64,000 nt of DNA from NCBI RefSeq assembly GCF_006345805.1, contig NC_043000.1:129642001-129706000 (forward strand). Reading direction: 5' to 3'. Of the stretch, positions 26,110-40,504 are shown one piece after another; positions within the stretch are counted from its first letter, which is position 1; each line of letters starts with the position of its first letter. Origin of the DNA: Octopus sinensis. Taxonomy: Eukaryota. The notes below the pieces were generated by a model. That model saw only the letters and a program-made list of their open reading frames with translations, made no database searches and was not told the origin of the DNA. Position numbers and translations under genes: made by a program.

Positions 26110-26430
26110 GTGGCACCTTGGGCAAGTGTCTTCTACTATAGCCTCGGGCCAACCAAAGCCTTGTGAGTGGATTTGGTAGACGGAAACTGAAAGAAGCCCG
26201 TCGTATATATGTATATATATATGTGTGTGTCTGTGTCCCCCCAGCATCGCTTGACAAGCGATGCTAGTGTGTTTACGTCCCCGTAACTTAGCGGTTCGGC
26301 AAAAGATACCGATAGAATTAGTACTAGGCTTACAACGAATAAGCCCTGGGGTCGATTTGCTCGACTAAAGGCGGTGCTCCAGCATGGTCAGAGTCAAATG
26401 ACTGGAACAAGTAAAAGAGAAAAGAGTAAG
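26110..26430 (+). mobile_element. SINE family C, 5'-truncated
   Basis: Starts at GGCACCTTGGGCAAGTGTC and has a complete tail. Confidence 0.85.
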
Positions 26431-27315
26431 TGTTGGAGGAAATGTATTGCGATGTTTATTCTGGTTCTTTATGCTCTGTGTTCAAAACCTGCTTTCACCC
26501 CCCCCCCTCCCCAGGTTAAAGTGCCAGTGAAGTTCTGCAGTCGATGGGGTCGGCTACAGGACTGCTAGTTTCGCCAGGATTGGTAAAATCGCTAGTGCGT
26601 TGGACAAAATGCCATGTGGTACATCTCCTACTACTGAGAGCAACTTTACTTTTCATCCTTTCGGGATCGATGAAATAAAACACAAGTTACGAACAGGAGT
26701 CAATGTAATCGACGAACCCACTAAAATTTCAGGCCTTGTGCCAAAATTAGAAATCACTATGATTATCAATGTTATCATAATTTCTTTCAAATTTTGTTAT
26801 CAAATCCATCAATTGTTCTTTAATGTTATATCCGTCCGGGATCACTAACAAAGTGACAACCAATTATTGGTATTAATTTAATCGACTGTGCTTTCCAGTG
26901 AAAATTTGTGGGCTGTGTTAATATTCTCACCATCATCATCATCATCAACAACCACACAATTACCATCAAAATCACGATGACTCCGACCACCACCATCACC
27001 ACAAATACCACTACCACAATCGTCACCGCCATCTTTCTTATTGCCGTTCTCGATGCCATCAATAAAATCACTGAAGTATGGGATCTTACTTTTGATTCTG
27101 CTGCTTGGCTGTCAAGATTTTTTAAGTAGGCAAGCGAGAAATTGTTGAAAATCTCCTGTCAGATTAGAAAGCGAATTTACCTGCTATTGGCTGCAAACGT
27201 TTTTTTTACAATAATTAGATGAACCCCCCCCCCCAGAAATAAATAAATATAATTGTAGTAGATTTTAATCGACTATAGAATGCACACAATCAGTTAATGA
27301 TGAAAGTTTATATAT

Positions 27316-27372
<57 letters not shown>

Positions 27373-27959
27373 TATGCGTGTGTGTGTGTATTTATCTATA
27401 TAATGCACATGTAAGCAAACCTGTACCCATTCACAAACTCACATGCGTACATTCATATATACGCACGTGTGCAAGTACTCACTCACAGACATATATAATT
27501 TCAGGACAGTATGAGCTCTGGCCGTGTTTAACTTAAAAGCACCATCGTTTAAGCCAAACACATAGACGCAATCATGTTGGGAGGTGATGCCGGACGAAAC
27601 ATTTCAGAGAGTCCATGGTTCTCTAGGATTTGTAGGTGGAATTTGTCAATATCGTTTGAATGTTATGGGTTATATCCTTCGTTGATTTACTTTGGTATAA
27701 TACTGAGTAGAGTAAGACTAGCTAAAGAAAGTAAAGAAAAACAGCTTCTTATTAAAATGCAGCTATACACTGTTAGTCGACTTTTGTAGAGGTCGTATTA
27801 CATGCCCTCAACAAATGTAGAGTAACTGCATATACTTTTAAAAGTAGATATAAGCAACTTTTGGTCTACGCTGGTGGTATATCTTTCCATTGTAGAAATG
27901 AAGTAGCGTTTACGGTGGCGTTAGCGAGAACACAGTCTGAACCCAGTAACCAAGACCCA

Positions 27960-28600
27960 TCATGCAATTTATCATTTATCCTTTTCCTGAGTGTTGATGC
28001 ATATTGAGGCTCCTCAATATATTCAAATGTACGGAATAGAAAGGCGAGATCATCTGTTCTAAGTATCCAAGATCGTATCGTACGTGTCATATTGACTTCA
28101 TTGTTGATGTGCGCGCTCCAGTTGAGAGATTATTGTTGACAATTATTTATTATGCTATGATAGTATTGGAAGTCCTGCAGTGTGAGATTATGGTCTTTGA
28201 AACATGTCCTCTTCTTCAAAGTCGATGAGCCTCAAAATTTCTTTCCTTTAGAAACACACAGTTTTGTTTCGCTCATTGACACAACATATAAGTAAGACAG
28301 GAGATATAGCCGGTCACCTATTCTTCTGATTTCCTTATTAAACTTAGAATCACCTGCAAACATTCTACTATCAATGATATTTGTGATGTTTAAGTAAAGT
28401 ATGGAGGGAAATGGACCGAAAACATTGCCTTGGGAGATATCACTAATAATTTCCGGGCGGATTCACTCGATCACAACATATTTGGATTTGCCAACCAGGA
28501 AGCATTTAATCTAGCGACAAAATTTTCTGAGAACTTTGACTCCAATTTTGGATAGAATTTTCAATAGAATGTTACAGCAAAATCTGTTGAGGAACTTACT
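27960..28600 (-). mobile_element. Degenerate CR1/L2-group LINE reverse transcriptase fragment
   Basis: Minus-strand translation ISQGNVFGPFPSILYLNITNIIDSRMFAGDSK resembles the RT motifs PQGSVLGP and FADD. Downstream SWILRT is typical of this group. Confidence 0.65.
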
Positions 28601-28627
28601 AAAGTTAATGTGCTTCAAACTCAAACA

Positions 28628-28843
28628 CAGTGTTATTCAAGGGAAAGGCAACATCAGATACAGCTTGGCACCTGTGACGTCACAATTCATTTCTACAGTT
28701 GAGTGAACTGGAGCAACGTGAAATAAAGTGTCTTGCTCAAGAACACAATACGCAGCCCGGTCCGGTAATCGAACTCACAACCTCATGATCGTAAGCTCGA
28801 CGCTTTAACCACTGAGCCATGCTCTTTCACATTTACTACTCAA
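28628..28843 (-). mobile_element. tRNA-derived SINE, family A-like (truncated copy)
   Basis: Minus-strand head with B box GAGTTCGATTACC; nearly identical to 30273-30479. Confidence 0.75.
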
Positions 28844-30133
28844 ACACTGACAATGTCGTTATAGAATTGTTGGAGCTGTGTTAAGTAGTCTTTGCTTCAT
28901 TAAAAATCATGCTGGTTGGGATTTAAGGTATAGCTGTTTTTCCGTAAGTTAGATATCTGTAATCTCACCACTCTCTCAAACGTTTTCAATTAATTACATG
29001 AAGATCAGTTGGTACTTTATTACAAGGGACTCATATCCCTTTTCGAAAACTGTGAGTATAAAATGTTCAAGTACATAACGCGCGTGTAGCAATATTTTAG
29101 AGAGATTAGATATAGGAGATGTAAACTAGCTTCGGTATACCTTTATACCGAATTTATTGAGACCTATTGTTGAGAAGTGTCTAATTTTATTTATTACTGT
29201 TATGATATTCAAGGTGTTTTAAAATTTATGACAAACATGAGAAGTTGGGGGTTTGTTTACACTAATAATCCCTAATAATGAACATGAAGTAGTATTGTTT
29301 CTGTAGAATCCATCTACTTTTATTTGCCGATATTGTGGAGAATATTGTTTCCATCAACTAGTGAACCACTGGGTGAAAGAGCGGCCCCAATGCTTTTTTT
29401 GACATATAAAGAACTTTGGTGCTGCGCTTAGTTTTATAACTGGCAAAATCTCCCTCCACGGGCCTTTCGTTGTTGATGATAATTTTCAGGCGGTTGAAGA
29501 TGATATTTTTGTCGATTCCGGCGTTGTTATTGCTATTTTACTTTTGATGCTGCTGCTGCTGCTGGTAGTGATACTTTAGTCCATTATCATGTTTATTAAA
29601 TTTTTTCATTTTCTTAGTGTTTTCTCACTCTCTCGGGATTCTACTTCTATTTCTGCTCACGAGATGTGTTGTGGTTTGGGAATGCATTAGTAACTATATC
29701 CCCAAACATATGCTAATTTGCTTTGATGTCAGAATACGTGTGTATATGAAAGAGCAGTCAACAAGCAATTGGTCATGTGTAATTGCTCCCCCGTTTGTTT
29801 TGTGCACATCCATAGTTTCAAATGTTGTGCTGAGACGAATGTGCATTTTTTAGCCTTGATATGCTACAAACTAAGATTATAATGTACCATATCGTAGTAA
29901 GAGTTTTGCACATGTGCACGTACGCACATACATACATACATACATAGATAGATAGATACAGACAGACAGACACACTCACGCACACATACATACAAAGAAA
30001 TATTTGTGTATTTGTGTGTGCATGTGAGCTATTATATAATTACATGTATATAGGAACAACACGATCCATACTAGCAGATACTAAAACAGATATCTACTTA
30101 AAGATGCTTCTAACATTGTTTTGTACATCTACT

Positions 30134-30460
30134 ACTCGGGAGACCCCCTTCGGTCATGAATGACCATGGGATTGCACCTAGAAAGTTACCATCCGAGGTA
30201 TAAGTCCGGGCAAAGTTGTTTATGGAAGACCAGCAGTCGCCCATGCATACCGGCCTCCCCTCTCCATGCCACCAGTGTTATTCAAGGGAAAGGCAACATC
30301 AGATACAGCTTGGCACCTGTGACGTCACAATTCATTTCTACAGTTGAGTGAACGGGAAATAAAGTGTCTTGCTCAAGAACACAACACGCAACCCGGTCCG
30401 GGAATCGAACTCACAACCTCATGATCGTAAGCTCGACGCTTTAACCACTGAGCCATGCTC
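30134..30460 (-). mobile_element. tRNA-derived SINE, family A-like
   Basis: Minus-strand head GCATGGCTCAGTGGTTAAAGCG...GAGTTCGATTCCCGG with a longer body. Confidence 0.75.
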
Positions 30461-31167
30461 CTTCACATTTACTACTCAACATTAGATTAAAAAAGAGATA
30501 GTATGCGCCTACCCACTATTTATAATAATTTTCGGCCATCATAAATTTCGTAGGCAAAGGCGATGAATTCTTTTTTAAAGGTGATGATATAGTACCGGTG
30601 ATTTTTTTTCTTTATTTTCAGACTATCCAAACGAAATGTGTCTAAAAGAAATTAACGAGTAGATTGCACAGACGATTTCCCTCGATGAAAATTAATGTTA
30701 ATGACTATTATGTAGTAATTGTAATTAGATAATTATTTTGATATTTACTAATATTAATCGTGTGTTCCTCCGGTATATTTAAGTGTTTACTTGCACATTT
30801 ATTTACATAGCTTAATTGTCGATATTTTGTCGCAACATTAGACGCAGCTGTGAAAATTATTCTTTTATGTATCTAAGAGATAAAACACAGTGTATATTAC
30901 ATAATATAACTAGAATATTTAACTGTTGCTTCATTAAGAAACTGAGCAGTCTGAAATGTTATTATTACTAAGGAAATGTTGTGTTTTTGGGCCTATTTTG
31001 TCTTTGTGTATGCTACGGTTCATGTCTTTCTTACAAAATTTACGAAGTTAGGTAAAAAAAAACAAAAAAAAAATGACCAGTTACTGGTAATTATGTTAAT
31101 ACTGTTTGTTTCATGGCCAGGCCATCTATAACTGAACCAACAACAATGTTTAGCTGTGTGAAAGGTG

Positions 31168-31575
31168 GAAGGTGGCGAGCTGGTAGAAACGTTGGCACGC
31201 CGGGCGAAAGCCTAGCGGTATTTCGCCTGCCGTGACGTTCTGAGTTCAAATTCCGCCGAGGTCCACTTTGCCTTTCATTCTTTCGGGGTCGATGAATTAA
31301 GTACGAGTTACGCACTGGGATCGACTTAATCCGTTTGTCTGTCCTTGTTTGTCCTCTCTGTGTTTAGCCTCTTGTGGGTAGCAATGAAATAGGTATTTCG
31401 TCTGCCGCTACGTTCTGAGTTCAAATTCCGCCGAGGTCGACTTTGCCTTTCATCCTTTCGAGGTCGATTAGATAAGTACCATTTAGGCACTGGGGTCGAT
31501 GTAATCGACCTAGTCACTTTGTCTGTCCTTGTTTGTCCCCCTCTATGTTTAGCCCCTTGTGGACAATAAAGAATT
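31168..31575 (+). mobile_element. SINE family B head-to-tail dimer
   Basis: Two body units joined at AAATAGGTATTTCGTCTGCC, flanked by the direct repeat TTTAGCTGTGTG. Confidence 0.85.
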
Positions 31576-32734
31576 AAATATTTAGCTGTGTGGAGGAATT
31601 CAAGAAGGAGTCAAGGCCAGCCTACAAATGGAGTGAGACCCCAGGAAATCAATTAAGTTTAGCAATATAGACTCCCGTGAAAACCCCTGCACCTGGTTGT
31701 TTCTCGATGACGTACTAGCTTTTCTTTCCTCTGATACAGGGAGACAAAGCACATTGATAAATGCGGGAATACTGAGATTAGCTTAAAAGAATTCTTGTAA
31801 AGATTATTCTCACGACTCATGTTTTGCTCTGTCTGAAACGGCAAACAGTTGCCACAAATAGCAGAAAATAGGGCACAATTTATCTTTTCTTCCACACTAA
31901 TGAGTGTTTGACGAAATATTAATTAATGAAATAATTTAGATTAAATATTTACTCTGTCTGCCCCTATAGATTGTGTCGTTCTACACCATATTTAAACCTG
32001 TCATAGGCAAACTGCGACGACTAACAAAACGTTGCCTTGACTTTATTTAGTAATGTGGTCTGCCTGATGATGAGCTATGGCTCATGCGGCCCGCTTCTCA
32101 AAGAAGGTTGCCTGATTTGAACTGCACGTATATTTTAAAAGAATTATCATGGTAAATTTTGCTGCAATATCGGGCATACACTTGGTAAAATTATTATTAT
32201 ATGGTGCTATGTATTATAAGTTTTAACTAAAACACACACGTACCACATACACAGGCACACACACGAACTCATACATACACATATATACATTCAGCTACCA
32301 GATCAATGTTCAGCTTTTATTTGCTCTTAGTTCCAAACTCACTCTGGTTCTTAATTCGGGATGCGTGTTATGGCAGGAGTGCACAATATCTTATTCAAGC
32401 TTTCATCTTATCACGCATAACCTATCTGCCATCTGGTGGACATTTTGCTCCACCAACAGCTAATGACACCATCTTTTTTTAATGATTTATGTTATTCGAT
32501 TCATTTATATATAAATTTATATATATATATATTTTTTCATTTACCTTCACTACTATTGATTTTACTCTTGTTATCGATCTTTCGAAAACTCTCGTCATTA
32601 TCTGTGTTCGTGATTCAGAGAAGGAACACGCCAAGATAACTTCAAGGTGAATCTGCCAAAGTCACATCAAGTCAGTTTATCAAAGTAGTAGCATTTCAGC
32701 AAATGGACCTCACCTCTCTGTTCATTTTGTTCGG

Positions 32735-33550
32735 CCTCCTCCTCCTCCTCCTCCTCATCATCATCATCATCCTCCTCATCATCCTCATCCTCATCATCAT
32801 CGTCGTCGTCATCATCATTGTGGTCTTCATCAACATGGTCATTCGCATGATCATCATGTTCATCGTCGTTATCATCATCATCATCACCACCACAATCATC
32901 ATCGTTATCATGATCATCATCAACATGGTCCTTGGCATGATCATCATTATCATCATCCCTCATCATTATCACCACCACCACCACCACCACCACAACCACC
33001 ACTATCATCATCATCGCCATTGTCATCATCCTGTTGTCGTTATCCTCATCTTCCTTATTTTCTTTTTTCGTAAATATCACAGTCATGAATGAGTTGATGT
33101 TGAACCGTTTATGCTCACAGCTACTACTACAGTTGCTGCTGATGGTGGCGGTGGTGGTGGTGATGGTATTAGTGGTCGTTTCAGTGGTGGTGATTGGGTG
33201 TTGTGGTGATGCTGGTAATGATAGGAACGAGTTTTGGTCGCGGTTACTATGGTAGGGTTGGTGATACAGAGAGACGGCGAATGAACGGATACTACAAGGT
33301 TGGCGAGAGAAGATTAGTTGAAATTCTTGGCAGCAATAGAAACTACGGAAAAAATACAAAATGAGGGAACTAAGCCATCATCATCATGATCATCATCATG
33401 ATCATCATCATCGCTGTCGTTGTTGTCATCATTATCGTTGCTGTCGTTTTCATCACCATCATCATCATATCCAATATTATCAGCATGGACATCGCCGTCG
33501 TTGTCGTCGTGGCCGTCCTCCTCCTCCGCCTCCTCCACCTCCTCTTCCTC
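32735..33550. repeat. Trinucleotide low-complexity field (CAT/CTC/CAC/GTC)
   Basis: Gives poly-D/E, poly-H, poly-I and poly-M ORFs in different frames. Confidence 0.9.
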
Positions 33551-33679
33551 CATGCTAGAGTAATAGCTTGAAGGGTTTAGTCGAACAAATTGACCCCAGG
33601 ATTCATTGTAAGTCTGCTGCCGAACCACAAAATTATAAAAGACATAAAAAAACTAATACCAGCTTTTAAGATGTCGTTG

Positions 33680-33732
<53 letters not shown>

Positions 33733-33884
33733 TGTGATGCAATCAGGAAAGACAGAATTCAAAATATGAGCATATGTATATTTTTATTGATATTTAACCG
33801 AAGTTAAACTCAAGGTCCGATTTGTGTATTGGTACTTAGCACTAATATATATATATAATATATTATATATATATTTATATATCA

Positions 33885-34137
33885 CGTGATCATGTGACTG
33901 ACCAGGCTATCAGATGTTGCTACACATCGCTGGTCACAAATGACGCCACCCCGCTGGCTAAGCGAGCAGGCCAACAGAAGAAAGAGTGAGAGAAAATTGT
34001 GGCGAAAGAGTACAGCAGGGATTTCCACCACCCCCTGTTTTCACTCAATAAACACTCACAATGCCCGGTCTGGGAATCGAAACTGCGATTCTACGACCGC
34101 GAGTCTGCTGTCCTAACCACCGGGCCATTGCGCCTCT
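33885..34137 (-). mobile_element. tRNA-derived SINE
   Basis: Minus-strand head GGCGCAATGGCCCGGTGGTTAGG...GTTTCGATTCCCAGACC. Its 3' part recurs on the plus strand at about 41958-42020. Confidence 0.65.
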
Positions 34138-34176
<39 letters not shown>

Positions 34177-35239
34177 CGACGAGCTTCTATGTCGTTTCCG
34201 TTTTCCAGATTCACTAACAAGGTGTTGTGTAGCTTAGGGCTATAGTAGAAAGCGTAGCCATGCCTGCACTTATACTGTAGCAGATTACCTTGCGGTGTTT
34301 AGGTCCATTCCTGTCCTATCAGGCTAAAGTTACCCTTCATGTGCTCAGAAAGCCTACTGGATTAACGCATTACTATCCAAGGCCTACATTTATTATTTTT
34401 TCTAGAAGGCATGATTTCAAGAATTTTTGCTGCTATTTCTAGCCGATCAAATGAACATGTACATGCTGCCTCATTGCCTGACAAGAAATTCAACTTTTAA
34501 GTAATGGGTCTGCGTATGATAATACATGAAAAGAATATTGCGTAAGCAGGCCCCTGCCTGTTAAACCAGCCTCAAGTTGATTCTACATCTCATATCTCGA
34601 AAACATACCATTTTATTGCCAAATGATTTTTACAGGCTATATCGAACGAAATATCTTTGATAAATACATCTCATTTAGTAGCTGTGACCTTTCTTAGTGT
34701 TCCAGGTATAGCCTCAAACGATTTACTCAATGCCCCCTCCCTACGTCTCTACTCTGATTAAAGGGCCTGTCGGAAACGTTGGCTATTACTTTCAACAAAA
34801 ACTTAGCATCTCCAGCTTTTACTTTCAATCATATTCAGGTCGACCAAGTCCATCATTCACCTATCAGTTGTGATGACTATCTTTATTACCGATAAATATT
34901 CGATGTGTGCGCGTGTGTATACACACACACTCAAAGTCATAAATGTATGTACTTTCACGTTACATCCATTTGTAAACATTACATAATGTTTTATCACATG
35001 CATAAATATACAAAACTAGCCACTGATATAGATGGATGAGAAATAAAACAGATCGTTAATGGTGACTTCTAAACATAAATCAAATCTGCGATGTTTACAA
35101 ACCATCGGATAGATGTGCCACAGTTCGATGAAAGGTGGAAGTATAAATGATGATAGATAAAAAGATAGAGTGGCACATGGAAAAGAACGATTAAAAAAGA
35201 GCTTACACATATGTAAAAAAACCCATCGATCTCTCTCTC

Positions 35240-35294
<55 letters not shown>

Positions 35295-35325
35295 CTGTAT
35301 GTATATGTGGATGTATATGTGTGTA

Positions 35326-35392
<67 letters not shown>

Positions 35393-35602
35393 GAATATAT
35401 ATATGTATATATATATATATTATATATATATATATAGATATATATATATATGTATATATATATATATGTATATATATATATTATATATATATATATATAT
35501 ATGAATATATATATGTATATTATATATGTATATATATATATACATATATATATCTATATGTATATATATGTATATCTATATATATATATATATATATATA
35601 TA

Positions 35603-35640
35603 CTAGCTGATGTACCCGGTAACTCTCAGGGGTAGAGATG
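35603..35640 (-). mobile_element. Possible Helitron-type 3' terminus
   Basis: Minus strand reads CCCCTGAGAGTTACCGGGTACATCAGCTAG|T, an imperfect GC hairpin followed by CTAG. Extent of the element is unknown. Confidence 0.35.
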
Positions 35641-36417
35641 TTCTATTGAAACGCCTTATTACTATGATATAAGAAAGCAATTTCGTTGTAACTGCTACAA
35701 AAGGTGTATTTTCCGTCATGAAAAACTGTCTGCTGGAGGAGGGAGAGATTGTTGGAGGTTGGCGAGAGAGGTTTTCGGAAGTTGGCGAGAGGCAAAGACA
35801 TTATTCTGCTTAGCGAAGGCATCTGGGAAAAGTATGACTGCTGTCATTCACAGAAAAACTATTGTTTTACCGTGAGAAAAGCGCTGTTGAAATGTTAAGT
35901 GAAATTAAGCAATCGAGGATCGAGTCCACGCTATGCCTGCATGAAGTCACTACAAATACGTTGTGGAATAAAAAATTTATCTACTATCATGGAAAAAGTG
36001 TAACTGTAAAAATGCAGAATTATCGGAGTACTGGTCATTCAAAAAAGTATGTATGTATAGAAATGTATGAATGACGTCTTTAAGGTTTAAGATTCAAATT
36101 AAAGAAGTGCAATAATAGTGTTTAGCAGCTCAAAGCTGTGAGTAGTGAAATGCAGAATTAGGTCGGCTGATCGGGAGAATCAAATATTGAACGCTTCGCT
36201 AAAATTTGCAGGTGGTATAGGTTATTTCCCTTGGGTTGTTTAAATATAATATTAGTAATACGTAGTACATAGCAGGATCCATTGGAAGGACGCTATTGTC
36301 GATTTTTCCAACAATCTAAGTATGTGAAGAGGTTTCCAGACATGAGTTCTACTTACGCGTCAAATATAGTATGAAAGTGATATTGTCTGCCCTAAAATTT
36401 ACTCCATAATTGCCCAC

Positions 36418-36495
36418 GGGCATATGGCGTAGTGGTTAAGAGCGCGGGCTACTAACCCCAAGATTCTGAGTTCGATTTCAGGCATTGACCTGAAT
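36418..36495 (+). mobile_element. Short tRNA-derived SINE head
   Basis: TGGCGTAGTGGTTAAGAGCGCGGGCTAC...GAGTTCGATTTCAGGC followed by an AAT tail. A and B boxes are present but it is not a clean cloverleaf. Confidence 0.55.
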
Positions 36496-36539
36496 AATAA
36501 TATATATATGTACATACACACGTGCATATATATATATAT

Positions 36540-36573
<34 letters not shown>

Positions 36574-37143
36574 ATATATATGACGGGCGCATGGCTAGTG
36601 GTCAGAGCATTTGATACTTACCAACCACAGGCCGGAACCACAGGTTTATCCTGGTGCATATCTATCTGAGTCTATCTATCTGAATCCTTATTTTACTGTA
36701 TATCTATATCTATCTATCTATCTGAATGAGTGAAGAAACGGAGAACTATATCATTCAACACATTTAGTTGGAGATAAATAGAATAAATAACAGTTTAATT
36801 GGTTAAAGTTCTGTTTGCATAGAATACGTCCACATCAACTCTGCAATGTTGTAGGTTGGACGTATCTTATGCCAACAAAACTTTAAGTAATGTGAAATTG
36901 AGTCAAACTATCTAAATATATGTAACTCTAACAAAATGTGTTGAGTGCTACTTTCTTTCGTTTGTGCATTCACTCGTGCATACATACATGCATACGACAA
37001 GGAGCACAAAAAGAAAACAACTCGCAAGGGAAAAGTTTTTAACAAATGTTTAAGTTCAACGCTTAAAAATATAGAAAACAAAATGAAAGGAAGAAAAGAT
37101 ATAAATAAATATGAAAAATTGGTGGCAAAATAACTATTGAATT

Positions 37144-37273
<130 letters not shown>

Positions 37274-38281
37274 TTAAGCGGTTGTCTTTAAGGCATTTCA
37301 ATACCATTCCTTACAATAATGGTTAAAAATGAAACAAATAAAAACAGCTCCATCAAGAAAGAATGTATAATTCATTTGAATCCTGGGAAAAGTTACACCT
37401 TCTGTTTCGTTGAAATACTGCTAAGACAACGGAAATATTCCCGCACTCATATAATAGCTTTGTTTTGAAAATACATTTATCCAATGTTTATATATGCTAT
37501 ATATCCAATATTTGTACGAGTTTATTTTTCTAAGAGTATAAAATAGTAAGATATTTACGTCTGAAACACCATCATATTTCTGGATGAAGTTCATTTGAGT
37601 TATGATGCAAATGTTTTAGCGGAAAGTTTGCATGCCGTTACAACCTTTGAATTTATATATTTTACCATGAATTAACATTCTTAAATCATTAAGTGGCGTG
37701 GGGCTGTATGTGGTTGCAAGAGCTACAAGAAAAGGAGCCAAATTTTGTCATATAAAACACTTGATTGTCATAAAATATTAAACTGTTTGTTAATGTAGTC
37801 GTAAATAAATAGGAAAAAATTATATTTGTTAATCACACCTATAGACACAGTAAAGCCAAATGGTCAAGAAATCTGCCAGGCAATCACGGGTTTCCAGGTT
37901 CGATCACTGCGTCGTATCATTTTGAGTAAATGTCATCATTAATAACCACGCATTGATCCGTACCTCGTGAGACGGAAACTGATATTCCATGGATAGTCTT
38001 GTCACACAGCGTATCATTTCGATTCGTTTAGGGTACACATGACTGTGAAATGGCCAGCAGTTTACTCGATAATTCAGGAGCGAAAATCCTTAGTTTCGAA
38101 TAACAGACATCCACCACAACCAATCACAGCTATAGAGTTCTTTTTTCTTTAATTTTAGGGTTGATCGGTCAGGAATGACCTAGTGTTAAACAAAAATGTA
38201 ACCGCAACTTAATCAAGATCTTTGTATCTATTGAAGAAATTCATATAATGTGTAGGAAGGTGTGGGCCCTATCTACTGGCC

Positions 38282-38319
<38 letters not shown>

Positions 38320-38484
38320 ATGAATATGTGCATGTGTGTGTATGTGCGCGCGCGCGTAATACTTGTTGAAGTTATCATTTTGATTATGCTACTCTAACAA
38401 AGGTATTTTTGTCAATACATACTATTTGTTAATAGATTTGCATATTAATGCCTAAAGAAATTCATAATGTGTATGTGTGTGTGT

Positions 38485-38561
<77 letters not shown>

Positions 38562-38784
38562 GCCACTGACATCAGTTTTGATTCCAGGTTAAAACAGTTT
38601 CCCTTCGCAAATATAACGATATATAAAATTTAGAGAAATCTGTTTCCAAGCTCCTCAATAAACACGAAGCAATGTATTTGGTCAAAAGCAACCAAAACAA
38701 TATGAAGACAGGACAAATTTCTTTATTTCTGTCATTGTTGTTCTTTTTGTCTCAAGTCAGCCTTGATCAATCAGATCCATAATC

Positions 38785-39178
38785 GGATCTTTACCTTTTG
38801 ACCGACAGATTTAAAAAATAATTCTTTGTAACTAAACACTTTCAAACTTCGTATACTGGTAGAATGTGTCACATAAAACATCTTTTACTCTTGTCGTTGT
38901 TCAGAAAATTCTGTATTTTGGAAGTTATTTTTTTAAAAGTTGTCGTATTTCGGTAATTTCAACCAATCAATGACGTGTATTCAGCTGAATAAAATTATTG
39001 CTGTTGTTTACCGAAATACAACTTTAACAAAAAAATAACTTCCAAAATATAGAATTTTCTCAACAACGCCAAAAGTTAAAGATGTTTTATGTGACATATT
39101 TTACAAGTATACGAAGTTTGAAAGTGTTCAGTTACAAAAAAATATTTTAAAAATCTGTCGGTCAAAAGGTAAAGATCC
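38785..39178. mobile_element. Fold-back MITE with long TIRs and 8-bp TSD
   Basis: Ends GGATCTTTACCTTTTGACCGACAGATTT and AAATCTGTCGGTCAAAAGGTAAAGATCC, with inverted similarity continuing inward for about 180 bp. TSD CCATAATC at 38777-38784 and 39179-39186. Confidence 0.9.
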
Positions 39179-39329
39179 CCATAATCAGTATTATTTAAGA
39201 TATCTTTGAATATATTATCCAATGTGTCTTTTCCTTTTTGAGATATGGTAGTTTGAAAAATACTTCTTTGCTATCGTAGACACATCTTTTTGCTGATTCA
39301 AGAAGTAAAGAAAGCATTTCAATTTACTC

Positions 39330-39670
39330 CTTTGCTCTTTTATTTGTTTGTCATTTGACTCGGCCATGCTGCAGCACCGCCTTTAGCCGAACAAATCGAC
39401 TCCAAGACTTATTCTTTGTAAGCCTAGTATTTATTCTATCAGTCTCTTTTGCCAAACCGTTAAGGTACGGAGACATGAACGCACCAGTATCGGTTGTCAA
39501 GCGATGTTGGGGGAACAAGCACAAACACACAAATACACACACATATATATATACGATGGGCTTCTTTTAGTTTCCGTCTACCAAATCCACTCACAAGGCT
39601 TTGGTCGACACTTGCCCAAAGTGCTACGCAGTGGGACTGAACCCGGAACCATGTGTTTGGTAAGCAGGCT
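39330..39670 (-). mobile_element. SINE family C
   Basis: Reverse complement of the family C head and tail. Confidence 0.85.
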
Positions 39671-40504
39671 ACCGCAAAATCTGCACGGAATAGTTGCTAA
39701 ATTACATCAAGGAATGCCTTATTGTCATATGTAAAGAAAAAAATATATCCAAAAAGGCTGTCACAGGAATATTTTTAATGGTAAGTCTGCTCTGTCAGGG
39801 AGGATTTGCTGGTAAACAACAACAAAAACAGTGAAAACAACTTTAACAACAATCACCGTTGAGTTTGAATACAGAAATACAAGAGATCGAAGTAGCAAAC
39901 ACTTTGAAGTAATTTAATCCATCTCTTCTCTCCTCACTAGCTTTACTGATTCCCTTTCATAGGAATATAGCAAGAAACTGCTTTAAAACTGTCTTTTTAT
40001 ATTTCATTACTTGTGTGGCGATTAGTTTATAATAACAGAATGAAGATTTCTTTGTAAAACGTGAACAATACTTTGTAACTACGCATGAAATCTTAGAAAA
40101 GTAGTTAAATAATTTTCTTCAGGACATGACACTGTAACTAAAGTAAGATGTAAATTGACGTCCTGAACGCCCGAAGCCAGCTTCATTATTCAATTAAAAC
40201 TATTGCGCTATATAACGTATTTCATTTAATTAGTCATGTGACTTTGTCTCCCTTTCTTTCACATGTATCTACTTGTCTGATTTAGTAAACGCTCGCAGCA
40301 AGTTATTACAATCTATAATCTGAAATTGAAATGGAAGTTCAGTGTTGCTGTATCAACCGTTCAATCGTAGTCATTAGACAATTTCATAGAAAATGAATGG
40401 AAAGAAAAAAATACCGAAAAACCCCACTAAATACTGTTTCTAATTGTAACTAATTTAGATACACAGACAACAATTTTGCGGGCAGCGTGTCAGTCGATAG
40501 TGGA

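Noticed and set aside
32062-32095. CTGATGATGAGCTATGGCTCA as a hammerhead
   Set aside because: Stem II is followed by TGCGG, not GAAA, so the core is incomplete.
32667-33359. 230-aa ORF with poly-D/E tract, and overlapping poly-H/I/M ORFs
   Set aside because: Entirely explained by trinucleotide repeats that are open in several frames on both strands; no domain signal.
36418-36495. Possible tRNA gene
   Set aside because: A and B boxes are present, but the acceptor and anticodon stems do not form cleanly and an AAT tail follows; better read as a SINE head.
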